A DNA stretch of 64,000 nt from NCBI RefSeq assembly GCF_009914755.1, contig NC_060940.1; one strand, 5' to 3'. This document shows positions 26,581-40,180 of the stretch, in pieces (positions within the stretch are counted from its first letter, which is position 1; each line of letters begins with the position of its first letter). The translations under genes and the position numbers were made by a program. A model generated the notes under the pieces. That model saw nothing but the letters and a program-made list of their open reading frames with translations, had not been told where the DNA came from and ran no database searches. The DNA is from the human T2T-CHM13v2.0 reference genome, Homo sapiens.

Positions 26581-27534
26581 TCTCAGAAAACCGTATGAGC
26601 ACTGATGAACTGGTTAGAGCAGTCATAAGCTTTTGTTTTGCTTCGTTGATTTTATTTGTTTATATTTGTTTTATTTTGTTTGTTTAATTTGTGATAGCCA
26701 GAGATAGCAGTGGCCTTAGAGAAGATTGTGTCCAACTACCTCCCATTTCACAGGCTGGAAAACTGAGACCCAGGCATGAGGAGCACTTTCCTGAAGGACA
26801 CATAGACATTTAGCAGGAATATCCAGATGTCCTGAGTCTCAGCTTAGGACTTGTTTATCACAATGTGTTGTCTAAAATAAGTTATTTAACATAATCCTGG
26901 TAATCAGATGAGAATCAAAAAAAAAAAAAAAGACGGCAGTAACAATAACACCTTCTCCCATAAGACATTAGGGCTAAGGAATATTCTGAAACTTTGATAT
27001 ATTTGAGTAGAACTTTAATGATTCCCAGTGGCAATTATGAATCTAAGGTTTTATTTGGGTTTTTTTGTTTGTTTCTTCACATGTGTTCTCAAAAATGCCC
27101 AATCACAGAGTATTTTTGACCTACCATTTCTTCCTTAGGGAATACAGCAGCCACACATTTTCCCAGCTATGCTGAGTTTAGCTGACCACATTTTAAAAGC
27201 ACAGCCTGAATTCAGGTGCAGGAAAGAGAAAATAAGACAGAAATAGAGGTTTGTGCTTGCTGGGCAGCCTCTGGGTTTGGTATCTTAAAATAAGACAGTG
27301 TAGCTATATAATCATGAGAATCACCCGATGCATTTGTTAAAAATCCAAATTACTGGGCTTCACTCTGGATCATAATTGATAGAGGAGAGAGCTTGGAATC
27401 TATATATTCTTACATGACTACCTGGGTTCCTGATAATCATATATGTTTGGGAAATCCTGGAATAGTGGTCAAGGGTGTAGACTTAGGAGTTGACAGTGCT
27501 GGATTTTACTAAGTAGGTGACCCTGGGAGATTTA

Positions 27535-27890
<356 letters not shown>

Positions 27891-30472
27891 AATAATAACA
27901 GCTATCTTACAGAGCTTCTAATACTCCGTCTCTGCTCCAGGTTTTGAAAAAAAGTATTTTAAAAGAGCTTTCCTGGTGAGTTCCTTAGCCAACACAGCTA
28001 AACATGTTGCTACTAAGAAAAGCATATCATTATGGAGATAAAGAGACAGGGATACAGGAAAGGTCCTATCACTCAGCCAGTATGATGGGACTACAGGGCA
28101 GATTTTTGTAGTTGCCACAAAGCATGCTGTGCTGTTGGGTAAAACTGAAGAGAATGACAGAGTCAATGAAGAGCAAATATAATCGCCAACATAAACCAAC
28201 CAGGCAGAGGAGGCTGTAAAAGAGCACTGGCGGAGGAGTTCAGAAATCTTAGTGTAAATTTCATCTCCAACACTTACTAGAAGGGCTAAGTTTTAAAAAA
28301 AATCTCTGAGCCCCAGTTGCATTGTTTATATAATTGGGCATGATAAAGTGTGCTTTATCTGAAACTGCAGTGATCAAATGAGATAATAAAGGTGGTATGA
28401 TTTTATTTTGAAATAAGAGGTTGACTCTATTATAAACACTCATTAAACAAGAACAGCCCCCAAACACAGTTTTTAAAAACGCTTACCCACAATCTACCCA
28501 CTCTAAAACAACCAATATTTTTTCTTCTAGCTTTTTAACATATGTGATTTGGGATTAGAATTTTTGAAAAAAAAAATTTTTTTTGTATTTTCATGTTGAC
28601 ATCAAGGGTGCATATAGTTTTATATCTTACTTTGTATTTAATTTTATCACATAAGTGTTTTTGCATCATTGAAATGCCTATGCATAACCACCATTTACTA
28701 AAACAATCTCTATTGTTGGACCTTTGCTTTGTTACAAGCTTTGTGCTATTATGAAAATCACTGTCATGAACATCCTTGTGTTTTAATATTTTAAAATGTA
28801 TATTTACTATTTTGTGTCATTTGAAGTCATTCTAAAGGAATGCGGAATTACTGAGTCTATGGCACACAATTTCAGTTATAAAATGCTTTTTAAACCCGCA
28901 AAGTGCAGTGCAAATGTAAGGACAAGTTGCAGTTCACATTTATCAAGTCCTTCCTGCTGTAGGCACAGGGACTGTGCTGAGTACCTTGGGAGTAACTCAC
29001 AGAGCAGCTGGGAATCCTTGTGTCAGTTCTAAAGACACTAATAAGTTAATAGAGATGGCAGAGATGAAATCAGCAGAAAGTCAGCCATCCAGGAGCTCTC
29101 CCTATGGAAAGAAGAACAGTATCTCCACAAATAACAACTAAATCAAGCCTCTGCCCAACCACTCATAAGCTGTGCTACCTTGGGCAAGACACTGTATCTC
29201 TCTGGGCTTCTTTCCACACCTGAAAGTGAGAAACTGAGATAATCTCTTAGGTCTTTCCAGTTCTGAAAGTTTTCTGATTCTGCCCTGACATGTGGTCCCT
29301 GTCTTCTGTCTTCTGGCAGGGGTTCTAAATAGCTTCAATGCTACAAGACCGACTGCTCACAGCTTGAGCAGTAAGATGGTATTGATTGTGCAGGTGCCAG
29401 AGGATGCAAATGTCCTGGCTGCATCATCTGGACTGGCGACAAGCCGCTATATACCAGGGAGGGTTTGTCTGGGGAGAGGACACACTCGATCTTCAGGCCC
29501 TGGGTCCAAGGTCTTTCTCTGCCAAAGCAGGCCTCAATACCTGGGGGAGACTCATGTCTCCCTGTCGACATGCTGTTTCCTTTTCTAGCTTTACAAGGGG
29601 TGAATCTTGAGTAATTCATGTAAATAAATTCACCTAAATAAAGTGAAATTAACTATTTTATCAATGAAAGAAACATAAAATACTACCAAGGCCTAAAATG
29701 AAAAAGTTTTCATGTTCCAAGTGTAAATAAAACTGGCATATTTTATTGCAGGGATTAAAATATAGTGAGTCACAGAAATGGTGCAGGGTTTTTTTTTTCT
29801 AGCTTTTTCACATTTATGATTTGGTGTTGGACTTTGGAAATTTTGTTTGCATTTTCATGTTGTGATTAAGGATGCATATAGTTTTATACCTTATTTTTTA
29901 TTTAATTTTATCACAAGTATTTTTGCATTGTTGAAATGGTTATATATAACCATCACTTACTTAAATGGTCCGTATTGTTAGACCTTTGCTTTGCTATACA
30001 TTTTTGCTGTTATAGAAATCACTATTATATGTGCTATTATATAAATGGATTTACTAATATTTTTACTTTTAAAGTAGTTTAAAGTAGTACAAATGAATCT
30101 CAGAAAGTATTCGCTTAGATGTGAGCCTGGGTTCACGTGCAACATCTAATTACAATCTAGTTACAACAGAGGGAGGAATCCAAAATATCTTTACAGTAAT
30201 TTCTGTAAACATTTTTATGATGCTGCTCTTTTAACTCAAATAAGACATCTTGTTCCTCTGAGGAGTTCAATAAGTCCCTTGTTTTGTTAAAGAAAAATTC
30301 ACTGGTTCTGATCTTACTGAATTTGTAGAGTGGAAGACAGGCTAGACAGAGGCTGAAAGACTCGAGTCTGCCCCACTCTCTGCCGACACCCTGGGAAAGG
30401 CATTTTCTCTCCTTGAACTTCAGTTTCCTTGTAATGGAAACAAAGACAACTCCTTTAGATACTTAGTAACTA

Positions 30473-30781
30473 CAGGAGTCTCCCTTATCCTGGTTTTGCT
30501 TTCCATGGTTTCAGTTACCTTGGGTACAATACAATAAGATATTTTGAGGGAGAGAGAGGCCATATTCACATAACTTTCATGACAGCATATTGTTATAGTT
30601 GATCTATCTTATTATTAGTTATTTTTGTTAATGTCTTACTGTGCCTAATTTATAAATGAAACTTTATCGTAAGTATGTATGTTTAGGAAAAAGCGCAGTA
30701 TATATAGAATTTTGTACTATATATATTCAGGCATCCACTGAAGGTCTTGGAATGTATCCCCATGAATAACGGGGACTACTG
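30473..30781 (+). mobile_element. TcMar-Tigger MITE (MER44A-like)
   Basis: TA|caggagtctcccttatcc ... gaataacggggactactg|TA: TIRs with TA TSD. Confidence 0.85.
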
Positions 30782-30894
30782 TATAGCATTCAGTAGTACA
30801 GTATTGTAGCTTTCTGTAGTGCAATATTCTAGCTATTGAACTGGGGTTGGGTTGCGATATTCCTTGCATCTAAGATAAACAAGTTGCCAATAAA

Positions 30895-31780
<886 letters not shown>

Positions 31781-31819
31781 GAGAAGACTTCCTACACTGT
31801 TGTTAGCCTGCATTGGGTT

Positions 31820-31990
31820 GTCATCTGTGTGACTTTGGCTCAGTCAACTTCTCTTAGCCTCAGTTTCCACATCTGTAAAGTGGGATACCTGTGTAATTAG
31901 ATTTAGTGTGAGGATTAAATAGGAGCCCACATGAGAAACGTACAACACAGTGCCCTCACATAAGCACTCGATAAACGGGAGCTGTTAGCC
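31820..31990 (+). mobile_element. MIR SINE
   Basis: cctcagtttccacatctgtaaagtgggata...gtgaggattaaat. Confidence 0.8.
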
Positions 31991-32339
31991 TACCATTTTC
32001 TAAATTCTTACAGAACTTAGAGTGCATGCCCCAAAATTTAGCACATATCTGAAAAACAACATAGAAATATATTCTCAAATCTGATGGGCAAGTATTTTCT
32101 CACCCAATAGACATAAGCACTTTGAGGGTAAGGTTGATTTTTGTTTGGTTCCAGCTGAGGAAGCAGCCACTGTGAGCACTTTGAGTAAAGTCAAATCCTT
32201 TAGTCTTTTTTCACTGTTCTTTTCATCCTCTGATTATCAAAGAGATATTCTCCACTGGTACTACCACAGCTTTAACACCTTTCTGATACAGAATAACCTC
32301 CCTTTTCATGAAGAATGAAAATGCCTAAGGTTCAGGGAG

Positions 32340-32577
32340 CCTTAGATAAGCAACCATTATTTCGATGGTTACTTCGTATTGGTGGTACTTGTTTCTTGAC
32401 TGTTTGTTTCCTTTTATAAAAGTGATATAAACTTTCTTCTTAAAATACATTTATTTTATTTTTAAAAATTAAGTCTGCTTAAAAAAACAGGTAAATGATG
32501 GTACAAATAGTACTTAGACATGGCCAAAAATATCATAAAGGTGGTACTCAAATGAGTGATGTTGGGAAAATGCTGAG
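32340..32577. mobile_element. hAT-Charlie remnant (MER113-like)
   Basis: gtacttagacatggccaaaaatatcataaaggtggtactcaaatgagtgatgttgggaaaatgctg. A related inverted remnant lies near 5385-5530. Confidence 0.5.
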
Positions 32578-35500
32578 TTAATAAGTACTGAACTGATTAA
32601 AGCAGGAGTTCAGTTTACAAATGGAAATCAGAAATTATATGTACTGCGTTAAAGCATTCACTAATTCCAACCTGATACCAGTATTGATTGACTCTACTTC
32701 CTCACCCCTACACTTAGCCTAGATAACAGAGTGTAGTGAAATTATGGGTCTATAAGCATAAGGAACACTTCTAAAAAATCAGCATAATATTTTTCATTTC
32801 AACACCCAGGACACTGACAACCAGCCCCTTTCAATTGTCTGGAAAAAAAAAATAGAGATTTTGTGTTTTCTGATTTTATTGAAGCCGCCAGAAACCATCT
32901 GCACATATACCAGACATACAGGGTGACACTCATGACTCCAAATAGGCTGGCAAATTAGGCCAAGTGTATCTCTGTGTCTATAATTATCAATTGCAAATCC
33001 CAGAAAGATGTCTACAGAACTGAATCAGGAAGAAATGGGGTGCTCTCTCTCATCTCTCAGCGCAAACAAGCCTTGTTCAAGACCAATTAGCATGACTGGT
33101 GGTTCCTTCTTCCCGAAGGTTACACTTCCAGGCTGAGAGCATCTGCTGTACATCTCTTCATTTCTTTCCCATTTTGAGCAATTTGGTTCCTAAGCTCAGT
33201 TTCCTCGTGGCTTCCTGGAGCTCTGATGACAAACTGCCATACTTTGTTCCTGTCCTTTAAGGCCCTGAAGGGCACTAGAGAACACACAAAATTTGTTTCT
33301 AATTTTGCATCTGCCAAAACATTCCTATAACAATACAAGACTATAAAAATAGGATGCAACATCCCTCTAATTCCACAAAATAAACAAATCCAAAAGGAAA
33401 TTAAACACAGTCCTTGAAAATGCAGCATAAATATTTTTACACTCATTCCTCCTTTCCTTCGCTGGCGAAAACTTGTCCCTGAATTATGATTTCAGATTGT
33501 ATATTTATCCTTTTATGTTTACAACAGATAATCATGACATAAGCCAATGAAAAGAAACACTAGGGCTTTCTTCTTCCTCTTGGTTTCATGTTTTGTAAAA
33601 TGAATGTCCCTTGGGACAGTTTAAGAGAATGTGGAATCCAATTTCCTCACTGGTGTTAGGAGTTTTATTTTTAACTCAACTACTCAAAATAATAGACATT
33701 CTCTACGTACCCTTATCCACAGTTGGAGTACACCAGACATGAAGCAGAATTATCTTTCCATTTTCGTTTTTAGATAGTTCAGGGTAACTTAGAGTTCTGA
33801 ATTCCTGAATGTTGGCCAAGGTGATGTCATTAAATCTATAATGAAAACAGTGTCACTGAGAGAATTAATTCATTATGGTGGAATTAAGTTAAATCCTTTA
33901 TGATATGCTATTAAGCACCCACACTAACTTGCTTGCATCAACCTAAATGAAGCACATTCAAATGCAAAAAAGAAAAACAAGTTCCAATCTCAAACCTCAT
34001 TGGATATTAGGTAACTTTCGAAGTTAAATTTAACTATTAAAAATATTTATAAATCTCATGGTATTTAAGACATCTTACATGTGTTGCAGTGGCCAAATAC
34101 CTTGTGGTTTATGTAACATCTTTGCCTGAGGGAGTATAACTTACTGTATAAATCATTATTTTGTATTTTATAAATGTTTTTGCCTTATGACTCAGTTCCT
34201 GCAACAGCCAAATAGCACAAGAGCTGCCCAACATTTCATTAATCTTTAAAATATTATTACACTCAGTCCAGATATGATAAAAGTGTTGCCAGAGTTCGAA
34301 GTAACTTGATCAAGATTTTAAGGACATTTCTAATCCCCAAATTTACCATGTAATCAACAAATACTTATTTCATTAGGTCCTGGAGAGAGAAATAAACAAA
34401 TAGGTTCTATTCCCTGTCCTCTAGAATTTTACAGTTCAGTCCGGAGCCATGACATATTCGTGTAAAAATCTATCCCCTTGAACCCATGCAGAAAAGGAAG
34501 AGCTATGTAACCATTAGCCATGTGCTTACAAGGGGCTATTTCTGCTTCTGACACCAAATTTCTGCTGAGTCCAGGGAAACTTCCCACTTCCTCTCTATAT
34601 CCTGGCTCACCACATACTTATCTAGCATAATGACTGCCTTGAAGGGGATTGGGTTTCTTAGAGGAAAAAAACTTACGATGGTATTAAATATGAAAACTTG
34701 AATGTTAATTGTTTTTTTTTTTAATAAAGGTTACCACTTCAAAAATTAGGTCATTTCACGCTAGTGGAAAGAACATGCATTCTCATAAGATAACTGAAAG
34801 AAATCACAATTCATGTTCAAAGCATCTTGCTTCTGACACATGGCTGTTAAGTGACAAATGGAAATTTCCTGAGCTCAGTAAAACGAGTTGACAATAGGCT
34901 GCTTATAGTTTCTGTCGGAAAGCAGACTGTCAAAAAAAGTTGTAGCAATCATGCACCATCGTTAATGATGACCAGCCAAGCTCTTTGTCTGCAAAGACCA
35001 TGGACCAAATATTGTCACAGTCAGTCATCGACTGTGCAAGACTCTTTTTGTACCAACCTCATGAAAAGAAATTTTATTTTTAAAGATTGCCTCTCATTAC
35101 AACAAGTATTACCCCAAACGGTCGAAATAACAAAAAAGAATTTGAAGCCTAGCCAATGACCTGACTGCTTTATACAATATTGATAGGACAACCCCCTGGG
35201 CAACAAAGGAATCTGATGGTGCCTCGGTTTTCTTTGTAATGAGATTTGGCCAGGATCAGGAAAATCATGTATTTATTTAAAATGGATACCCTGACTGCTT
35301 CTCAAAAGGTTTGAAGTGGCTTGCAAAAACCAACCAACCAAACAAACAAAAAAAGCCAAGATGTTTTAAGACTTAAAAAACGTTAAGAGTACAAAAAAAG
35401 AGAAAAGAAATAATCAAATGCATTAGCAGCCCGGGCGAATGCAGCTCCTTTAATTGAGCATTAAACAAACTTAAACGTAGCATTTCCTGTTCCAGAAGCA

Positions 35501-36099
35501 AGCAGGGCTGAAAACTTGGCTGGTGCACCACTAAAGCTTACCAGTTGTGTTTTCGGCTGGCATCCACTCCAACTGGATGATGCTCATGCTGTATTATATG
35601 TTAAATATTGTTATCATTATTCCAGGAGCCAGGCAGAGAATAGGCACTCAATAAATGGCAGCAGTTTTCAGTATTTTTCTCCTGCATTCCCAGCAGCCAT
35701 ATCACCTGCAGCATTCAGTTAATATCTATTTCAAATGCACAGAAAATATATTCATGTTTTCCCTTTAAGCATCTGACTGTTAAGTGCCCTCTACCAGCAA
35801 AAGGAGGCAAGGACGTGATCTTTCTTGGGGCTCTATTTTCCTCTATAGGAGAAATGAGTACAAGAGGCCACAGCTTAATCGATGTTTACCAAAAATCTGA
35901 CTTTTTGTTCCTAGCTGGGATTTTGCAACCACATTATAAATAACTTGAGTAACACACGAGGAGGATGCACCAATTCTAGTCCATTGCTGAATAATGTGTA
36001 AACACTATATGGAGTTTCTTTCATGTCTGCAAAAAAGGCGGGGGGGGGGCACGTTTCTCTCCTTTTCTCTAATTTTCTTTATATTTAAGTTTCTCACCT

Positions 36100-36400
36100 C
36101 TGGAGGAGTGCATGGAGCTAATTGTGCATTTCCCTTGTGTGAATAAAGGACGGAGTGTCTGCTTTCACTTCAAATTGCTTGGCCCTCAATCAACATCACC
36201 ATAAATGTGACATATGAATATTAAATCCAAATATTTTATTGGTGCAGATAAATATGATTTGTAAAAAGAGTCAAATTAACAATCCATTACATACTAATGG
36301 GCTCTAATCAATAAGTTTAATTTGACTAAAAGGAGAGGGGCGGGGATGGAGGGGGAGAAAAGAGACTCAATTACACCCAAATGGTGCCATTTAAAATTAT
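36100..36400. promoter_or_regulatory. Candidate conserved non-coding enhancer (homeodomain/Sox motif-rich)
   Basis: Repeat-free; dense TAAT/ATTA, ccataaa, tcaatca (Pbx-like) and aacaat (Sox) motifs. Function inferred. Confidence 0.4.
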
Positions 36401-37329
36401 AAAGGTGACTGACTTCTACAACTTTTCAGCTGTATTCTGACTTGGGGGCTTATGGACCCAACACCGGAGCTGTGTTGAAAGTGAGCATCTGTCTGTGGTT
36501 TACACTCATATTTCCAATTATTTTTCTTTAAAATTAACCACTGTAAATACAAAAAGTACTGAGAACAATGCAAACGAACAAGATCCCACAAAACAGAAAG
36601 AAAAACGTGTCTTTTAAAAGCCGTATTTGCTCCAGATTAGTTTAGTAAAAATGAAACAATGCACATAAATCCGAAGTTTCTTTTGTCCCGTCTCTATCTT
36701 AGCCTTCTCTTTCCCTTCCTCCTTCTCCAGCGGCTGGACTAAATGTTGTATGTTTCCTTCTTGCCTTCATTTCTGTACTTTCACTACATCTAGAGGAATC
36801 CAGAAGCCATGGGGAGTAGCACTTGGTGTCTTTGTGAAATTCTACAACTTGCTTTTTCCAACTGTCAACCTAGTTCGTTCCTTTTAACTGTGATGTAGTA
36901 TTCCACTATGTGATTCTGTCACTTCCTTTATTCTTTTATTTCTCTCTCATTCTCTTACTGATGGATGGTTAGGTTGGATCACCTTACTATAGTTATTCCG
37001 ACATCAATTAGGGGAAAGGTGCCCAGGTCCCTGATTATTGAAGTAGATTTTAGATCCTTGGACAGATCGCAGCCTCACCTACGGGAAGATCTACATCCCC
37101 TCCTCCAGGGCTCTACCGAGGGAGAACCAAGGTAGAAAAGCATGCCTTTCCGGCTGCTGCTTTTGCATCTTATACGGATAGCCGGCTCATGGCAATGTGA
37201 CTCAAGCTGGCAGGGGTCTTTGAGCATCAAACGTGTCCTCCTTCCCTCTACCTACTTCGGCTCCGGTTTCTCTCCCGAAGCCTAAATAAAGAAGGTAACA
37301 GACAACACCTCTATTGGCAGAGGCTTCTG

Positions 37330-37510
37330 CCTTTTCCGTCAGGCTGGCTGCAGCACATCCGTAATCCTTATGTCAGCCTGCACTCTAGCGTTGCCGGCCC
37401 GGTCCAGCATCTGACAGCCGCGAATCCAAAGCTGCCGGCCTCTCGTTTCTAAGCAGCAGCTCACAGCGCCAGCCGCCCTCCCGCAGAAGGGGAACAAAGC
37501 CCGGCGGACT
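37330..37510. promoter_or_regulatory. Small CpG-rich patch (candidate promoter/enhancer)
   Basis: About 14 CpGs counted in ~180 bp of GC-rich non-repeat sequence, against a CpG-depleted background. Confidence 0.55.
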
Positions 37511-39201
37511 AGCTCACTATCTTCTGGGTGGCAAGGAAATCTCAATTATACACCCAAGGGATGTGGTTTGTGAAAAACTAGAAAGAATGTTTAAATTGTG
37601 TACGTAAATTGTTTTGTTTTACAAGCTGGGGTAAATCAGCACATTTGCAGCCCATATTTATCTGATCCACTCCATAAGACTCTTTTTGAATGCCTGCCCT
37701 TGATGTGGGGTAGATGCCTATGCAAAACATAACCGACCCCTAAATTCAATTAGGGCATTGGGGGGAAAATGGAAATCTTGCTTTGGGGTTAGTCATGACT
37801 GCTGAGAACTTCTCAGAATAGTTTCTTGGCTGTAACCGAAGATTGAAATCGAAGGATACGATTTCCAACGGATGCTGAGTAGTCAGAATGTTGGTTCGAG
37901 CTAGCCCTTTTAAGAAAAAGATGGTAAGTGAAAGGCCTTCCTCTAATCTGATTTCTGGCTCATTAAAAAAAATTCTTTGTGTCACCCCCAGCATAGGATA
38001 GTCAACATTTATTGAGCTGGATATAGTATAATTAATGTTCTCTGTCCCAATAACAATACATGATGGAAGATGGGAATGTATCATTCCATGGGACAAACTT
38101 TAAATTGCAAAAAAAAAAAAAAAAAACACCCCAAGGAAAACAATATTTGAAAAGAGAGTGTTTTATTTTTATTCACCTTTTAGCAGGAGAGCACACCCCA
38201 GGGATGTGGTTGATGAAGAAGTAGGAGTGTTTAAATTGTATATACAAACTGTTGTGTTTCACGAGCTGGGATAAATCACAGACAGAGGTCATGGTGATCA
38301 GAAAAGTTTGAGGTGGTGTGGAACCTAAGCAGGAATAATCTTCTGGCTTTGACCACGGGCTGCTGAACCCTAATCGCTGATAACAGCCGTCGAGCAGCAG
38401 AGAAACTCCACTTCATATCGATGTGGCATTTACTTTTTCAGAAAGCCCCCCACTCTGGCCGGCACTTATGGCAAGATAATTAATAGTCCCCTGAGTTATA
38501 GATTCCGAGCTAAAGGTAACAGTACATAATGGAAGTCAAGGTCACCCATAATACAGTAGCTTCTATAACAAAGGGGATTATTACTGCAATTACCGTCCTG
38601 TTGGAAAGATTTTATAAGTTTTCATCATTTTAATTCTTAAATCTTCCTCTTGCCAGTGAAGTTTAAACTCTCCGATTTATGATGGAGGAATAAAAGCCTC
38701 TCTCCTCCCACCACAAAAGCTTTCTCTTTCGGAGCAACCTAGGTGGTTTCTAGTGAGGTCGATGAGAGAAAGACAGCCCTGTTTACCCACGAGGCCTTCA
38801 GAAAATCTCCCCAGGCGGGGCATGTCCGCTTCGTGTTGTCCTGTCCTGTGCCGTGTCAGAATACTAAAATACACTCATACCCCTTATGAAGCATAATATT
38901 TTCAGCTTAAAATGAGAATGTTTTCTAGTTTTGTTGATAACATTATTATTCATTTGCAGTTGATGGTACTTTTCTTCTCCTCTTGGAGCCAATGATTTTC
39001 TCCCCACTCATCCTCACCTGGTCTCAAATATGCTCAGAGGGCCTTGAAAAGTTTGTCTCTGGCCTTTTGCCTGTTGTGTCCAATGAAGATAACAGCTCTG
39101 TTTGCCAAGGCCTAAACTCAGGCCGAATGCCCGAGCACATTTTCCACCCAAACTGTTTAGTGGCTAAATTTGCTCCTGGCTGGAAAAACTCCAGCTCCCG
39201 T

Positions 39202-39239
39202 CATACACACGCACGCGCGCACACACATACACACACACA
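39202..39239. repeat. Alternating purine-pyrimidine (CA/CG) tract
   Basis: catacacacgcacgcgcgcacacacatacacacacaca. Confidence 0.9.
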
Positions 39240-39832
39240 AGCTGTTTTAAAAGTGCTTCTAAAAAAAGAGCTTAGGTCTGAAAATTGTAATTAATTTAAT
39301 AAGACATCCTGCCCGGAGCAGATCAGAAGCTATATGAGCTTTTTGGGTGAGCCCATGAGTGTGGTGACAGACAACATCACTCCAGTGCTTTCCAAAATGG
39401 ATTTGAGCTAACACAGCACGCATTTTTATGATCTGGACCATCTTGCTGTCTTTCTGCTCTGGACAAAAGACCGAGCAGACACAATCATCTTTTGAGAATG
39501 ATGGCATCGTCATTGTCTGCATAGCAGGACTGTAATTAAGCACCAGAAATAGGACAGCTGAGAAGAGACAAAGAGCAGGGAAGGCAGGGGACTGCGAGAC
39601 AGCATCCTGGGGAGAGACTGCACCAAGATAGTAGCTGAAATCCAGTATCTGCATGGATGAGGTCATCCTGGGAAAAAGTATGTGTCCAGATGAAAAAACA
39701 AAAAACAAAACAAAACAAAAAACCTGAAGTAGGCCAGAGAAGGAGAGGCCCAGAGAGCTGCTTAGTGTCTAGGGCCTAGCTTACATGCCCCCTCCTCCAG
39801 GCAGACCTCAGGGATGTCTCCTAGGAAAAATT

Positions 39833-40180
39833 ATTCATGTATCAAATATTCACTAAGGGCCTACTATGTACTAAGCATTGTTTTAGGTGCTGGGGATTCT
39901 CAGCAGTGAGTGAGACAAACCAGGTCACTGCCTTTGAGTTGATCCCAGAAGGAGCCAGGTAGGTAATGATCTGGGAGGAGAGCCTTCCAGGCAGAAGGGA
40001 CACCAAGGACTGTCTAAAGAAGGCCAGGGTGCTGGAACTGAGAATGCTGGAGAGGAGAACAGGAGCTGGCATCAAAGAGGTGGGCAGGGCTTCCTCAGGT
40101 AAGATCTGTGACCCCCAGGGGAGGAGCTGGAATTTTAGTTTAAATTCAAGAGCCTGCTGATGGAGGATTTTCAGCATGGG
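39833..40180 (-). mobile_element. L2 LINE 3' remnant
   Basis: attcatgtatcaaatattcactaagggcctactatgtactaagcattgttttaggtgctgggga...ccaggcagaaggg. Confidence 0.8.
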
